Shown: piece by piece, positions 38,314 through 48,486 of the stretch
Layout of the letters: every line of letters starts with the position of its first letter
How positions within the stretch are numbered: the first letter of the stretch is position 1
Assembly: GCA_963711565.1 (NCBI GenBank)
Contig: CAVQEQ010000004.1
Span: forward strand, 1,152,001-1,216,000
Direction of reading: 5' to 3'
Source of the DNA: an uncultured delta proteobacterium
Lineage (GTDB): Bacteria; Desulfobacterota; Binatia; Binatales; Binataceae
DNA length: 64,000 nucleotides
The notes under the pieces: model-generated
Told to the model about the DNA's origin: nothing
The model's input: the letters and a program-made list of their open reading frames with translations, nothing else
Databases searched by the model: none
Program-made: the position numbers and the translations under genes

Positions 38314-38763
38314 ATGCGAATTCGTCCACGATTCTTTATCGGCGGCGGCCTTATCGTGCTGGCGATCGGCTATCTCATCTTCAGCTCGATTCGCACCACC
38401 TCCGAGTACTACCTCACCGTGCCCGAGGTGGCCGCGCGCCAGGGCGAGCTTGGCGGGCAGGCGATCCGCGTCGCGGGTCGCGTCAAGCCCGGCAATATCG
38501 CATGGGACCCGGACTCGCTCACACTCAAATTTGAGATCGGGCCGATTCCCGACATCGATGCTGCCGGCGCGCCGGTCAAACCGGTCTTGGCGTCCGATCC
38601 CGTGTCGTTTCGTGTCGTCGCCGCCGGTGAACCCAAGCCCGACATGTTCGCCCCCGGCCGCGACGTTATCGTCGAGGGCAGGCTCGGCCCCGACGGCGAA
38701 ATCGCCGCGACGCAGGTGATGACGAGTTGCCCTTCCAAGTACAAGCCTAAGCAATCACAATAG
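38314..38763 (+). CDS. ccmE: heme chaperone CcmE (CxxxY variant)
   Basis: N-terminal TM, YYLTV, IRVAGRV, PDMF...VIVEG, TSCPSKY. Confidence 0.9.
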   Translation: MRIRPRFFIGGGLIVLAIGYLIFSSIRTTSEYYLTVPEVAARQGELGGQAIRVAGRVKPGNIAWDPDSLTLKFEIGPIPDIDAAGAPVKPVLASDPVSFRVVAAGEPKPDMFAPGRDVIVEGRLGPDGEIAATQVMTSCPSKYKPKQSQ

Positions 38764-38778
38764 CCGGGGGTTTTTTTG

Positions 38779-40800
38779 ATGCCGCAACTTGGCAACCTCG
38801 CGCTCGCGATTGCGCTGATTCTCGCCGTCTACTCCATCGCCGCGAATATCTACGGCGCGCGCCGTAATGCGCCCGATTTTGTCGTCAGCGCCCGCCATGC
38901 GCTGTGGGCGATGTGCGCGATGGTCACCATTGCGGTCGTCGTGCTGTGGGCCGCGTTGTTGCGGAGCGATTTTTCGCTCGAATACGTCGCCGCATACTCC
39001 AGCACCACGCTGCCGAGGGTTTACAAAATCACCTCTCTATGGGGCGGGCAGCAGGGCTCGTTGCTCTTCTGGACCTGGCTGCTCTCGATCTTCACGTCGA
39101 TCGCCGCGTTCCAGAATCGCCGCCGCAATCCCGAGATCGCGCCGTATGCGCTCGCAGTGCTGGCCGGCGTCGCGATCTTTTTTCTGTTGATGCTGAATTT
39201 CGTCACGCGTCCGTTCGACCTGCTCGCGGTGGTTCCCGCCGAAGGTTCCGACCTGAATCCGCTGCTGCAGAACTACTGGATGGCGATACATCCGCCGTCG
39301 CTCTACACCGGCTACGTCAGCGCGACCGTGCCGTTCGCATTCGGCGCTGCGGCGCTGATTACGGGCAAGCTCGACGACGGATGGATTCGCTCGACGCGCC
39401 GTTGGGCGATTTTTTCGTGGTTCTTTCTGACGCTCGGCAACATGTTCGGTGCGCGATGGGCGTACGAAGTGCTGGGCTGGGGCGGTTACTGGGCATGGGA
39501 CCCGGTCGAGAACGCCGCCTTCATGCCGTGGCTCGTGATGACGGCGTACCTGCATTCGGTGATGATCCAGGAACGCAAGGACATGCTGAAGGTCTGGAAC
39601 CTGTCGCTGATCGGGCTCGCCTTCGGACTGACGCTGTTCGGTACCTTCATCACGCGCAGCGGCGTTATCTCGTCAGTGCATTCGTTCACGCAATCCGGCC
39701 TCGGCCCATATTTTCTCAGCTTCCTGATCACGGTGACGCTCGCCTACACCGCACTGTTGATCTTCCGCTCGAAGGATTTGCGCAGCCCCGCCGAATTCGA
39801 GTCGTACCTGTCGCGCGAGGCCGCGTTCCTGTTCAACAACCTGATGCTGGTGGGAATCGCGTTCGCGGTTTTCTGGGGCACTATTTTCCCAGTCCTGTCG
39901 GAAGCGGTGCGCGGCGTGAAGATTACCGTCGGACCGCCGTTCTTCAATCGCGTTAACGGCCCGCTCGCGCTCGGCCTCGTGTTTTTGATGGGCATCGGAC
40001 CGCTGATCGCATGGCGGCGTACGACGACCAGCAATCTCGTGCGCAGTTTCGCCGCGCCGGTCGTGATCGGAGTAGCGACCGGAATCGTCGCCGCCGCAGC
40101 CGGGCTTCGCCAGTGGTACGTGCTGACGGCGTTCTCGCTCGCCGCTTTCGTGCTCGGCACGGTGCTGGTCGAGTTCCGCCGCGGGATGAACGCGCGCCGA
40201 CACATGGTCTCCGAGCCGCGCGCCAAGGCGTTGGTCAATCTCGTCGCCAAGAACAACCGCCGCTACGGCGGCTACATAATTCACGTCGGCGCGATCGTGG
40301 CGTTCGTCGGAATCGTCGGTTCGTCGTTCTTTCGCACCGAAGTGAAAAAGAGCGTCCACGTGGGCGAGAGCTTTACGATAGGTTCGTACACGATGCGCTT
40401 CCAGGGCTTGGACGAAACCGACACGCCGCATCTCGAGAGCGCGACCGCGCGCGTCCAGGTGCTGCGTCCCGATGGCCGCGAGATTACCGTGATGTCGCCG
40501 GCCAAGCTCTTCTTCAAGCGCCCGCAGCAGCCCGCGACCAAAGTCGCAATCCGCTCGACCCCCGCCAGCGACCTCTACGTCGTGCTCGCCGGAATCGACG
40601 ACGACGGTCAGACTGCGACCTTCGAAGTATTTCTGACGCCGCTGGTCTTCTGGCTGTGGGCGGGAGGCCTGATGATGGTGCTCGGCACCGTCATCGTGAT
40701 GTGGCCGAACGTGCGCGAGCGCGCCGCAATCGCGACCGCGCTGAGCCGCTCATCGACTGACGCACGCGAACTCGCCGACGCCGCGCCCGGAGGCGATTGA
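38779..40800 (+). CDS. ccmF: cytochrome c heme lyase CcmF
   Basis: WGGQQGSLL, LNPLLQ, IHPP, WGGYWAWDPVEN, SVHSF. Confidence 0.96.
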   Translation: MPQLGNLALAIALILAVYSIAANIYGARRNAPDFVVSARHALWAMCAMVTIAVVVLWAALLRSDFSLEYVAAYSSTTLPRVYKITSLWGGQQGSLLFWTWLLSIFTSIAAFQNRRRNPEIAPYALAVLAGVAIFFLLMLNFVTRPFDLLAVVPAEGSDLNPLLQNYWMAIHPPSLYTGYVSATVPFAFGAAALITGKLDDGWIRSTRRWAIFSWFFLTLGNMFGARWAYEVLGWGGYWAWDPVENAAFMPWLVMTAYLHSVMIQERKDMLKVWNLSLIGLAFGLTLFGTFITRSGVISSVHSFTQSGLGPYFLSFLITVTLAYTALLIFRSKDLRSPAEFESYLSREAAFLFNNLMLVGIAFAVFWGTIFPVLSEAVRGVKITVGPPFFNRVNGPLALGLVFLMGIGPLIAWRRTTTSNLVRSFAAPVVIGVATGIVAAAAGLRQWYVLTAFSLAAFVLGTVLVEFRRGMNARRHMVSEPRAKALVNLVAKNNRRYGGYIIHVGAIVAFVGIVGSSFFRTEVKKSVHVGESFTIGSYTMRFQGLDETDTPHLESATARVQVLRPDGREITVMSPAKLFFKRPQQPATKVAIRSTPASDLYVVLAGIDDDGQTATFEVFLTPLVFWLWAGGLMMVLGTVIVMWPNVRERAAIATALSRSSTDARELADAAPGGD

Positions 40801-40804
40801 ATCC

Positions 40805-41314
40805 GTGCGCGCGAAACTCATACTCGCTTCGTCGCTCGCATTCCTCATCGCGGCACTATTCGTTTTTCTTTCGCCTGAACTGAAGGACGTTTCACGTGAA
40901 ACGTTTGCAGCCGAAACTCCAACGAATTCGCAGGTGTCCGAGGGTCTGACCTGCCAATGCGGCTGCGGTTTGACGGTCGCCAACTGCAATATGCCGACCT
41001 GCGGATTCTCGGTGCCGATGCGCGCGGAGATCGACCGCATGATCGGCGAAGGGAAGACTCGCGCGCAGATAATCGCTTTCTATCGGCAAGAATACGGCGA
41101 GAAAGTCCTGTCCGCGCCGACCACCGAGGGCTTCAACATCCTCGCATGGACGATGCCGTTCATCGCGCTGGCACTCGGCGGCGGCCTGATGGTGGTCGCG
41201 GTCGGCCGCTGGCATTCGTCTGCGCCGGCGGACTCGAAGGTGGGCGCGCAGCCGGTGTCGTTTGATCCCGAACTCAGGCGCAAGCTCGAAAAAGAACTCG
41301 AGGAGCGCAGGTAA
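40805..41314 (+). CDS. ccmH: CcmH/CycL-like protein, Cys-rich variant
   Basis: LTCQCGC...C...C, MRAEI, YGEKVLSAP, AWTMP. Confidence 0.85.
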   Translation: MRAKLILASSLAFLIAALFVFLSPELKDVSRETFAAETPTNSQVSEGLTCQCGCGLTVANCNMPTCGFSVPMRAEIDRMIGEGKTRAQIIAFYRQEYGEKVLSAPTTEGFNILAWTMPFIALALGGGLMVVAVGRWHSSAPADSKVGAQPVSFDPELRRKLEKELEERR

Positions 41315-41319
41315 CGTCG

Positions 41320-41883
41320 ATGTTCATCCTCGCCGCCGCGCTGATCGTCGCCGGAGTCGCGTTGTTCGTCGCGGCCCCGCTCGGCATCGGGCTGGTCGGC
41401 GCGCGCGCCAAGTCTGACAGCGAGCTTCAAGTCGAGCGCTACGAGCATGAGCGCGCGCTCGCGGTGCAGGGCCTTCGCGAACTCGAATTCGATCGCGAGA
41501 TGGGCAAGCTGTCGGATGCGGATTACGACTCGATGCACAAGGCGCTCGAGGATAGGGCGCTGACCGCGATGGCCGCGGTCGAAAATATCCGCATCCAGAC
41601 CGAGAAGGCCGCGAACGCGAAGAAGCCAGTCGTCACGTCACTGGCGCAAGCGATCCGCCGACCCGCGCCGGCGCCGCGCCGCATCGATCCGATACCGACT
41701 CTCGTTCTTCACACCGAATCGCCGCGCCCGCCGCAACCGCCGCCGCCGCAACCTCCATCGGCATCGGGCAAGATTCGCTTCTGTCCCGAATGCGGGATGC
41801 GCGCCGCGGCCGACTCGAAGTTCTGCGCACAATGCGGGATCGCGATCAGGCCGCCTGCCGGCGCGATCGCCCGGACCGAATGA
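41320..41883 (+). CDS. CcmI-like membrane protein with C-terminal double zinc ribbon
   Basis: LRELEFDREMGKLSDADY (CcmI N-terminal pattern); FCPECG...FCAQCG. Confidence 0.75.
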   Translation: MFILAAALIVAGVALFVAAPLGIGLVGARAKSDSELQVERYEHERALAVQGLRELEFDREMGKLSDADYDSMHKALEDRALTAMAAVENIRIQTEKAANAKKPVVTSLAQAIRRPAPAPRRIDPIPTLVLHTESPRPPQPPPPQPPSASGKIRFCPECGMRAAADSKFCAQCGIAIRPPAGAIARTE

Positions 41884-42584
41884 TGTCGGCGCCAGTCGTC
41901 GAGACTCACCGCCTGGCAAAGACTTATGGCCTCGCGCCCGTGCTGCGCGAAGTCGATTTGAAGCTGCTGCCCGGTGCCGGCGCCTTTGTGATCGGCGGCA
42001 ACGGTGCGGGGAAATCCACGCTGCTGCGAATCCTCGCGGGCCTCGAAGCGCCGAGCGGCGGCCACGCACTCGTCTTCGGGCAGGACACGCGCAAACTCGC
42101 CGCGCGCTACCGGCGTCGCATCGGCATGATGGCGCATCAGAGTTTCCTCTACCCGAATCTCACCGCGCGTGAGAATCTTGAATTCTACGGCGAGCTGTAT
42201 TCGATCGCCGACCCGCGCGCGTCCGCCGATCAATGGCTCGGGCGCGTCGGGCTGGCCGGCGTTGCCGATGCGCGCGTGCGTACGTTCTCGCGCGGGATGG
42301 AGCAGCGGCTGTCCGCCGCGCGCGCGATGCTCGCCGAGCCGGCGCTGTTGCTGGTGGACGAGCCGTTCGCGTCACTCGACCACGACGGCGCTGAAATTAT
42401 CGCCGGGCTGATTCGCGGCGCGATCGAGCGCGGCGCATCCGTGATAGCGACGGCGCATGCGGTCCCCGAGATAGAAGGCGTCGAGTTTGCTGCGTACGAA
42501 ATTTCGCGCGGGCTGCTGAGGGAGCACGCGCACAAGGAGGAGGTCCGGCGCAGCGGGCGACTCCGCTCGCTGCTCGGCAGATAG
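41880..42584 (+). CDS. ccmA: heme ABC exporter ATPase CcmA
   Basis: GGNGAGKST Walker A, FSRGMEQR, LLVDEP; operon context. Confidence 0.92.
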   Translation: MMSAPVVETHRLAKTYGLAPVLREVDLKLLPGAGAFVIGGNGAGKSTLLRILAGLEAPSGGHALVFGQDTRKLAARYRRRIGMMAHQSFLYPNLTARENLEFYGELYSIADPRASADQWLGRVGLAGVADARVRTFSRGMEQRLSAARAMLAEPALLLVDEPFASLDHDGAEIIAGLIRGAIERGASVIATAHAVPEIEGVEFAAYEISRGLLREHAHKEEVRRSGRLRSLLGR

Positions 42585-42588
42585 AATC

Positions 42589-43260
42589 GTGTCCGGATTT
42601 GCCGCCGTGCTGCGCAAGGACCTGCGCCTCGAGCTTCGCAGCGGCGAGAGCACGCTCGCGCTGCTGGCGCTGTCGATGCTGGTGCTGGTCGTCCTTGTGT
42701 TCGCGCTCGACGCGGCGCGCGTGCGCAGCGTCAACGCGGCGGCGGGCGCGCTGTGGGTCGCGATGGTCTTCGCGGGGATGCTCGGTGCGAATCGCGCGCT
42801 GCTCGCCGAGCGCGACAACGGCGCGATTCGCGGATTGCTGCTCAGCCCGCTCGATCCCGCGACACTTTTCGCTGCCAAGTTTGCCGCCGCGTTGATCTTC
42901 ATGGCGATCGCTGAAGTTGGCGCGGTCATCTTAATGGTGTTGTTCTTCAACCTGGAGTTCGACGCGTCGATCGCGCGCCTCGCACCGATCCTGGCGCTCG
43001 GCGCGATCGGATTTTCCGCGCTCGCGACGCTGCTTTCCGCGATCACGGGACGTACGCGCGGCGGCGATATGCTATTGCCAATCCTTGCCGTGCCGATTTT
43101 CGTGCCCGCGTTGATTGCGGGAGTGAAAGCGAGCGCGGCCGCATTGGCGGGCGCGCCGCTCGACTCGATGGGTGACTGGCTGAAGATTATGGTCGCCTTC
43201 GACGTGCTATTCGTCACCGCCGGTTACCTGTTGTTCGAGCATGTGGTAGGTGAGGACTAG
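42589..43260 (+). CDS. ccmB: heme exporter permease CcmB
   Basis: KDLRLELR, ERDNG, LLPILAVP. Confidence 0.92.
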   Translation: MSGFAAVLRKDLRLELRSGESTLALLALSMLVLVVLVFALDAARVRSVNAAAGALWVAMVFAGMLGANRALLAERDNGAIRGLLLSPLDPATLFAAKFAAALIFMAIAEVGAVILMVLFFNLEFDASIARLAPILALGAIGFSALATLLSAITGRTRGGDMLLPILAVPIFVPALIAGVKASAAALAGAPLDSMGDWLKIMVAFDVLFVTAGYLLFEHVVGED

Positions 43261-43267
43261 CTATTCG

Positions 43268-43981
43268 ATGAACAACTCGGCGATTCGCAACGGACTGGGA
43301 TACGCGACGCTGGCGCTGATGATTGCGGCGCTGTTCATGGTATTCGACTACGTACCGCCCGAAGCCGAACAGGGTATCGCGCAGTTGATATTTTATTTTC
43401 ACGTGCCCCTGGCGTGGGTCGCGTTCGCGTCGTTCGGGCTTGTCGCGATCGCGGGAATCTTCTACCTGTGGCTCGGCGATCAGTTGTGGGACGACCTCGG
43501 CTACGCCGCCGCCGAAACCGGGATGGTCTTCTGCACGCTGATGATCGTCGCCGGTTCGATTTGGGCCAAGCCGATTTGGGGAACGTGGTGGACGTGGGAC
43601 TCGCGGCTGACGACCACCTTTATCCTGTGGCTGATGTACGGCGGCTACCTGATGCTGCGCGCGAGCGCCGACGACACGCCGCAGGTGGCGCGCTTCGAGG
43701 CGGTGCTCGGAATCGTCGCGGTGCTGGACGTGCCTATAGTCATTGCGTCCGTCCGGCTTTGGCGCACTATTCATCCCGCGGTGCTGGTTACGAAGCAGGG
43801 TGGGCATGGCCTCGAGGACCCGCGGATGGTCGCGACGCTGCTGGTATGCCTGGCCGCATTCACGGCATTGTGGGCATGGCTGCTGATGCTTAGATTCACT
43901 CAGTTGCGGACGCGCAGCCGGTTGGGCGCGCTGGCGGTCAGGATTGCGTTCGCTGACGCGGCCTTATCGGATAGCAAGTGA
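43268..43981 (+). CDS. ccmC: heme exporter CcmC
   Basis: FYFHVP, GSIWAKPIWGTWWTWDSRL, WRTIHP. Confidence 0.95.
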   Translation: MNNSAIRNGLGYATLALMIAALFMVFDYVPPEAEQGIAQLIFYFHVPLAWVAFASFGLVAIAGIFYLWLGDQLWDDLGYAAAETGMVFCTLMIVAGSIWAKPIWGTWWTWDSRLTTTFILWLMYGGYLMLRASADDTPQVARFEAVLGIVAVLDVPIVIASVRLWRTIHPAVLVTKQGGHGLEDPRMVATLLVCLAAFTALWAWLLMLRFTQLRTRSRLGALAVRIAFADAALSDSK

Positions 43982-43994
43982 TGGAATCGATTTG

Positions 43995-44183
43995 ATGGAA
44001 CACCTGGGATACCTGTTCGCCGCGTATAGCATCATTTTCGCGGTAATTTTCCTGTATGTATTGTTCATCTGGCGCCGGCAGGCGGCGCTCGATGCGGAAC
44101 TGCGGTCGCTCGAAGCTCGAATGGCGTCGCTGGATCAGGCGTCGGTCCCCGCCGATTCAACGGAGCCGCGGTCCGATATTTGA
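43995..44183 (+). CDS. ccmD: CcmD-like small membrane protein
   Basis: YLFAAYSIIFAVIFLYV TM helix plus coiled tail, directly after ccmC. Confidence 0.8.
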   Translation: MEHLGYLFAAYSIIFAVIFLYVLFIWRRQAALDAELRSLEARMASLDQASVPADSTEPRSDI

Positions 44184-44231
44184 TTGGCTAATGGGACAAT
44201 AGCAAGTCGGTATAGTAACTGAGTATCCTGG

Positions 44232-45353
44232 ATGGAATTTCGCGATTACTACAAAGTTCTCGGCGTTGACCGGAAGGCGAGCGAGGCGGAAATCAAGAGC
44301 GCCTACCGCAAGCTCGCCCGCAAGTTCCATCCCGACGTCAATCCCAACAACAAGGAAGCCGAGGCCAAATTCAAGGAACTCAACGAGGCCTACCAGGTAA
44401 TCAGCGATCCGGAAAAACGCAAGAAGTACGACGAGCTCGGCGCTGACTGGGAGCATGGCGTGTCGCAGGAAGAGATGATGCGCCGCTACGCGCGGCAACA
44501 ATCGGCGGCCGGCGCCGGGGGTGGCGCGGGCGCCGATTTTGGCGCCGGTGGCGACTTCAGCGACTTCTTCTCGCAATTTTTCGGCGGCGGTGGCGCGCGG
44601 CGGGCGGGCGGCCGCAGCCGCGGCGGTGCATCGCGTGGATTTTCGAACTTTGATTTCGGGACCGAGCCGGCGCGCGCGCCGGACCTGAATGCCGAAGTCG
44701 GAATCACGCTGGCGGATGCGGTCAAGGGCGGCAAGCGGCGGCTCGATCTTGTCGCCGAGGACGAATGCGCCACCTGCGGTGGCAGCGGGATGATCGCGCG
44801 CGAGGAGAAGCAGGGCAAGGCGCGCGTGATTCGCTCGGCCGAGCCGTGCCCGACCTGCGGCGGCAACGGCGTCGTGCAGGCGCGGCGCACGCTCGAAGTG
44901 ACGATCCCGGCGGGAGTCACCGACGGCACGCAGTTGCGCTTGAAGGGGCAGGGCGGGCGCGCTCCGCGTCCCGATCAGAACGGCGACCTCTTCCTTACGA
45001 TTCGAATCGAACCGAACCCGGTATTCGCACTGGCGGGCCGCGACCTGCGCGTCAGCCTGCCGGTGTGGGACTACGAAGCGGCGCTCGGCGCCGAGATTAC
45101 CGCGCCAACCGTTGAAGGGCGCGTGTCGCTGAAGATTCCGGCCGGCAGCCAGGCGGGTCGCGTGATGCGGCTGCGCGGGCGTGGACTCCCGGCGCGCGGC
45201 AAGGAGCCCGCAGGAGACCTGCTCTACGAACTGAAGGTGCTCGCGCCGACGGACTTGAACGCCAAGGAGCGCGCTCTGATGCAGGATTTGGCGGACAGTT
45301 TGAAGGATCGCGGAGTGGCCGATCCGCGGGCGGAACTGATGGCCTCGAAATGA
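44232..45353 (+). CDS. cbpA: DnaJ-class co-chaperone, CbpA-like
   Basis: J domain (DYYKVLG, HPDVN), G/F region, two CxxCxGxG motifs, C-terminal domain; followed by cbpM. Confidence 0.85.
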   Translation: MEFRDYYKVLGVDRKASEAEIKSAYRKLARKFHPDVNPNNKEAEAKFKELNEAYQVISDPEKRKKYDELGADWEHGVSQEEMMRRYARQQSAAGAGGGAGADFGAGGDFSDFFSQFFGGGGARRAGGRSRGGASRGFSNFDFGTEPARAPDLNAEVGITLADAVKGGKRRLDLVAEDECATCGGSGMIAREEKQGKARVIRSAEPCPTCGGNGVVQARRTLEVTIPAGVTDGTQLRLKGQGGRAPRPDQNGDLFLTIRIEPNPVFALAGRDLRVSLPVWDYEAALGAEITAPTVEGRVSLKIPAGSQAGRVMRLRGRGLPARGKEPAGDLLYELKVLAPTDLNAKERALMQDLADSLKDRGVADPRAELMASK

Positions 45354-45369
45354 TCGGGAACTGAATACG

Positions 45370-45660
45370 ATGGCGCGACGGACTTCATCCAGGACCTCGA
45401 CTCGCGGGAAAGTCGTTCTGATGAGCAGGAGCGTGTTCTGCTCGATAGGCGGAATCAGCGAGCGCGAGTTGGCGTCGTGGGAGGACGAGGATTTGATCGC
45501 CCCGGTTCGCGTCGAGCATGTGCGCGGACGGATCGAGTCGCTGTACGATCAGGACGCCCTGCGGCGCGTGCGGGTGATTCGCACGCTAGCCGAGGAACTC
45601 GACGTGAATATCCCTGGGATTGGGGTGATTTTGCATTTGCTCGATCAGATGGAACGGTGA
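45370..45660 (+). CDS. cbpM: chaperone modulator CbpM (MerR-like)
   Basis: LRRVRVIRTLAEELDVNIPGIGVILHLLDQM; downstream of cbpA. Confidence 0.8.
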   Translation: MARRTSSRTSTRGKVVLMSRSVFCSIGGISERELASWEDEDLIAPVRVEHVRGRIESLYDQDALRRVRVIRTLAEELDVNIPGIGVILHLLDQMER

Positions 45661-45734
45661 TTTTGCGGGCGAAGCCGGGCCGTGCTAATTAAAACGGGCT
45701 CATTCCGACGCACTTGATTCAGTAGGACGATGCG

Positions 45735-46007
45735 ATGCTGTTCGTGATTATCGGCCATGACGGACCCGACGGCGCCGCTCTGCGGCCCAAGGTGCGGCCG
45801 GCTCATCTCGAAAATCTGCGGCCGCTGGTTCGATCCGGCAAGTTGAAGATCGCGGGGCCATTCACCGACGGCAGCGGCAGTCTTATCATCGTGGATATGG
45901 AGAGCGAGGCGGCGGCGACCGCGTTTGCGAACAGCGATCCGTACATGACAAGTGGAGTGTTCGCGCGCGTCGAGGTGAAGCCGTTCCGGCAGGTGTTTCC
46001 CGAGTAG
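45735..46007 (+). CDS. YciI family protein
   Basis: RPAHLE, AGPF, GSLII, DPY. Confidence 0.9.
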   Translation: MLFVIIGHDGPDGAALRPKVRPAHLENLRPLVRSGKLKIAGPFTDGSGSLIIVDMESEAAATAFANSDPYMTSGVFARVEVKPFRQVFPE

Positions 46008-46018
46008 CAGGAGTTTCG

Positions 46019-47227
46019 ATGGCGGGAGCTTTAGCCAGTTTAAAGATTGTCGAAGTTGGCGAGATGGTGTCGGCGCCGTATTGCAGCAAGCTGCTGGCGG
46101 ACATGGGTGCCGAGGTCGTCAAGGTCGAGCGGCCGGGCATCGGGGATCGCGCGCGGACGCGTGGGCCGTTTCCGGGCGACAAGCCGAATCCCGAGACCAG
46201 TGGACTGTTTCTCTATCTCAACACCAACAAGCGCAGCGTCACGCTCGATATCACCAAGCCCGAAGGCTTCGAGCTGCTGGAGAAGCTGGTCGCGCGCGCC
46301 GACATCCTGATCCACAACGTTACGCCGCCCGAAATGGATCGCGTCGGCCTGACGTACGAGCGGATGTGCCGCGCGAATCCGAAATTGATCATGACGTTGA
46401 TCCTGCCGTTCGGACTGACAGGTCCGTATCGCAACTACCGCGCCGAGGACTTGACGATCTGGTGCGCGGGCGGAGTGTGCGTGCTCAACGGCGGCGGCCC
46501 GGAGCATCCGGAGCTGCCGCCGCTCAAGACCGCGGGGCATCAGGCGGGTTACCAGGGCGGAGTGCATGGTGCGACCGCGACGATAGCGGCGGCGTTCGCG
46601 CAACTTCGCGACGGCGCCGGGCAGCATATCGAGGTGTCGGTGCAGGAATCGATCGCGTCGATCCTCGAGATGACGTTCGAGTACTGGCCGTACATGAAGA
46701 TGATCGCGACGCGGCTGGGACAGAAGCCGCTACAGCCGGTCGAGACGATGCAGTGCAAGGACGGCTACATTTATCTGTGCTGCATCGAGGAGCATCAGTG
46801 GCGCAACTTCGTCGAGATCATGGGCAATCCCGAATGGGCGGAGATGGAGATTTTCAAGGATCGGCTGGTGCGCGCGCTCAACTGGGACGCGCTCAAACCG
46901 ATGCTCGAGGAATGGGTCAGCCAGCAGACGGTGCTCGATTTGTATCGCAAGGCGCAGGCCAAGCGGGTGCCGTTTGCGCCGGTATCGACGATGGGTGATC
47001 TGCTCGACTCGGAACATCTGAAGGCGCGCGGATTTTTCGTCGAGATCGCGCAACCCGTCGCGGGCACGCATAAGTATCCCGGCGCGCCGCTCAAGTACGC
47101 GCGTACTCCGTGGGAAATTCGGCGGCCGGCGCCGACGCTCGGACAGCATAACGCGGAAGTCTTCGGCAAAGAGCTCGGGCTTTCTGATGCGCGGCTCGAA
47201 GAACTCAAGCGCAAAGGTGTGATTTAG
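46019..47227 (+). CDS. family III CoA-transferase-like subunit (degenerate active site)
   Basis: LLADMGAEVVKVE, LNTNKRSV, PFGLTGPY, APTLGQHN. Confidence 0.9.
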   Translation: MAGALASLKIVEVGEMVSAPYCSKLLADMGAEVVKVERPGIGDRARTRGPFPGDKPNPETSGLFLYLNTNKRSVTLDITKPEGFELLEKLVARADILIHNVTPPEMDRVGLTYERMCRANPKLIMTLILPFGLTGPYRNYRAEDLTIWCAGGVCVLNGGGPEHPELPPLKTAGHQAGYQGGVHGATATIAAAFAQLRDGAGQHIEVSVQESIASILEMTFEYWPYMKMIATRLGQKPLQPVETMQCKDGYIYLCCIEEHQWRNFVEIMGNPEWAEMEIFKDRLVRALNWDALKPMLEEWVSQQTVLDLYRKAQAKRVPFAPVSTMGDLLDSEHLKARGFFVEIAQPVAGTHKYPGAPLKYARTPWEIRRPAPTLGQHNAEVFGKELGLSDARLEELKRKGVI

Positions 47228-47229
47228 CG

Positions 47230-48474
47230 ATGGCGACGCCTCCTCTGTCGGGAATTCGAGTCTGCGATTTCACCTGGGTGTGGGCAGGACCGTACTGCAC
47301 CCTGCAACTGGCGCATCTTGGGGCCGAAGTGATCAGGATCGAGACCAAGACGCGGCCGTGCGTGACGCGGATGCTGCCGCCGTGGCCCGACGGCGTGTTC
47401 AACAGCCTCAACAAGTCGGGCTACTTCAATCAATACAACCAGGGCAAGAAATCGTTGTCGCTGAATTTCAAGCATCCCGAGGCGAAGGAAGCCGCGTGGC
47501 GGCTGATCAAGAATAGCGACGTTGTGATTAACAACTTCGCGGCGGGCGTGCTCGAGAAGATGGGATTCGGTTACGAGGAAGTGAAGAAGGTAAATCCGAA
47601 TGTAGTAATGATTACTCTGTCGGGTTACGGCGATACCGGGCCGTATAGTCACTACGTCGCGTACGGGCCGGCGCAAGTGCCGCTGTCGGGGCTGTCGGCG
47701 CTGACTGGCTATAAGGGATTTCCGCCGATGCACGCGGGCTTCAGTTATGCCAACCCGAACGCGGGGGTGCATGGCGCGTTCGCAATAATCAGCGCGCTCT
47801 TCCATCGGGCGAAAACCGGCGAAGGCCAATATATCGACATGAGCCAATGGGAATGCGCGATGGACCTGCTGGCAGAAGGGATTCTCGAATACACGATGAA
47901 CGGGCGCGAGCCCGAGCGAAATGGCAATCGCGATCCGCTGATGGCGCCGCACGGACTTTTCAAGTGCGTCGATCTGCCGGAGAAAATCCTGGACGTCACG
48001 ATCGATCAATGGGTCGCAATAGTATGTTCCGACGACGCGGAATGGGCTCGACTGGCTATAGCAATAGGCAAACCTGAACTGGCCAAGGATCCGCGATTCG
48101 CTACCCTCGCGGAGCGCAAAGAGAATGAAGACGCGCTCGAAGCAATAGTCAGTGAATGGACGGCGACGCGGAGAGTCGCGTACGTCGTACAGACTTTGCA
48201 AACGGCCGGAGTCGCAGCGGGAGCCTGCGCCGATAGCAAGTACCTGTCGGCGGATCCTCATCTCACGGAGCGGGAATACTTCATCTACCGCGAGCATCCG
48301 GAAGTGGGGAAGAAGCAGCACTGCGGAATCCCGTGGCGGATGAGCGGGACGCCGTGCGAAGTGAAGTCGGCCGCGCCCGTACTCGGACAGCATACTGATG
48401 AGGTGATGACCGGCCTGCTCGGGTACAGCGCGGCGGAAGTCGAGGAGCTGCGCGCAAAGGGCGCGCTCGACTGA
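47230..48474 (+). CDS. family III CoA-transferase (CaiB/BaiF)
   Basis: WAGP, LGAEVIRIE, NQGKKS, GYGDTGPY, GEGQYID, APVLGQHT. Confidence 0.92.
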   Translation: MATPPLSGIRVCDFTWVWAGPYCTLQLAHLGAEVIRIETKTRPCVTRMLPPWPDGVFNSLNKSGYFNQYNQGKKSLSLNFKHPEAKEAAWRLIKNSDVVINNFAAGVLEKMGFGYEEVKKVNPNVVMITLSGYGDTGPYSHYVAYGPAQVPLSGLSALTGYKGFPPMHAGFSYANPNAGVHGAFAIISALFHRAKTGEGQYIDMSQWECAMDLLAEGILEYTMNGREPERNGNRDPLMAPHGLFKCVDLPEKILDVTIDQWVAIVCSDDAEWARLAIAIGKPELAKDPRFATLAERKENEDALEAIVSEWTATRRVAYVVQTLQTAGVAAGACADSKYLSADPHLTEREYFIYREHPEVGKKQHCGIPWRMSGTPCEVKSAAPVLGQHTDEVMTGLLGYSAAEVEELRAKGALD

Positions 48475-48486
48475 GGTTCAAATCAA

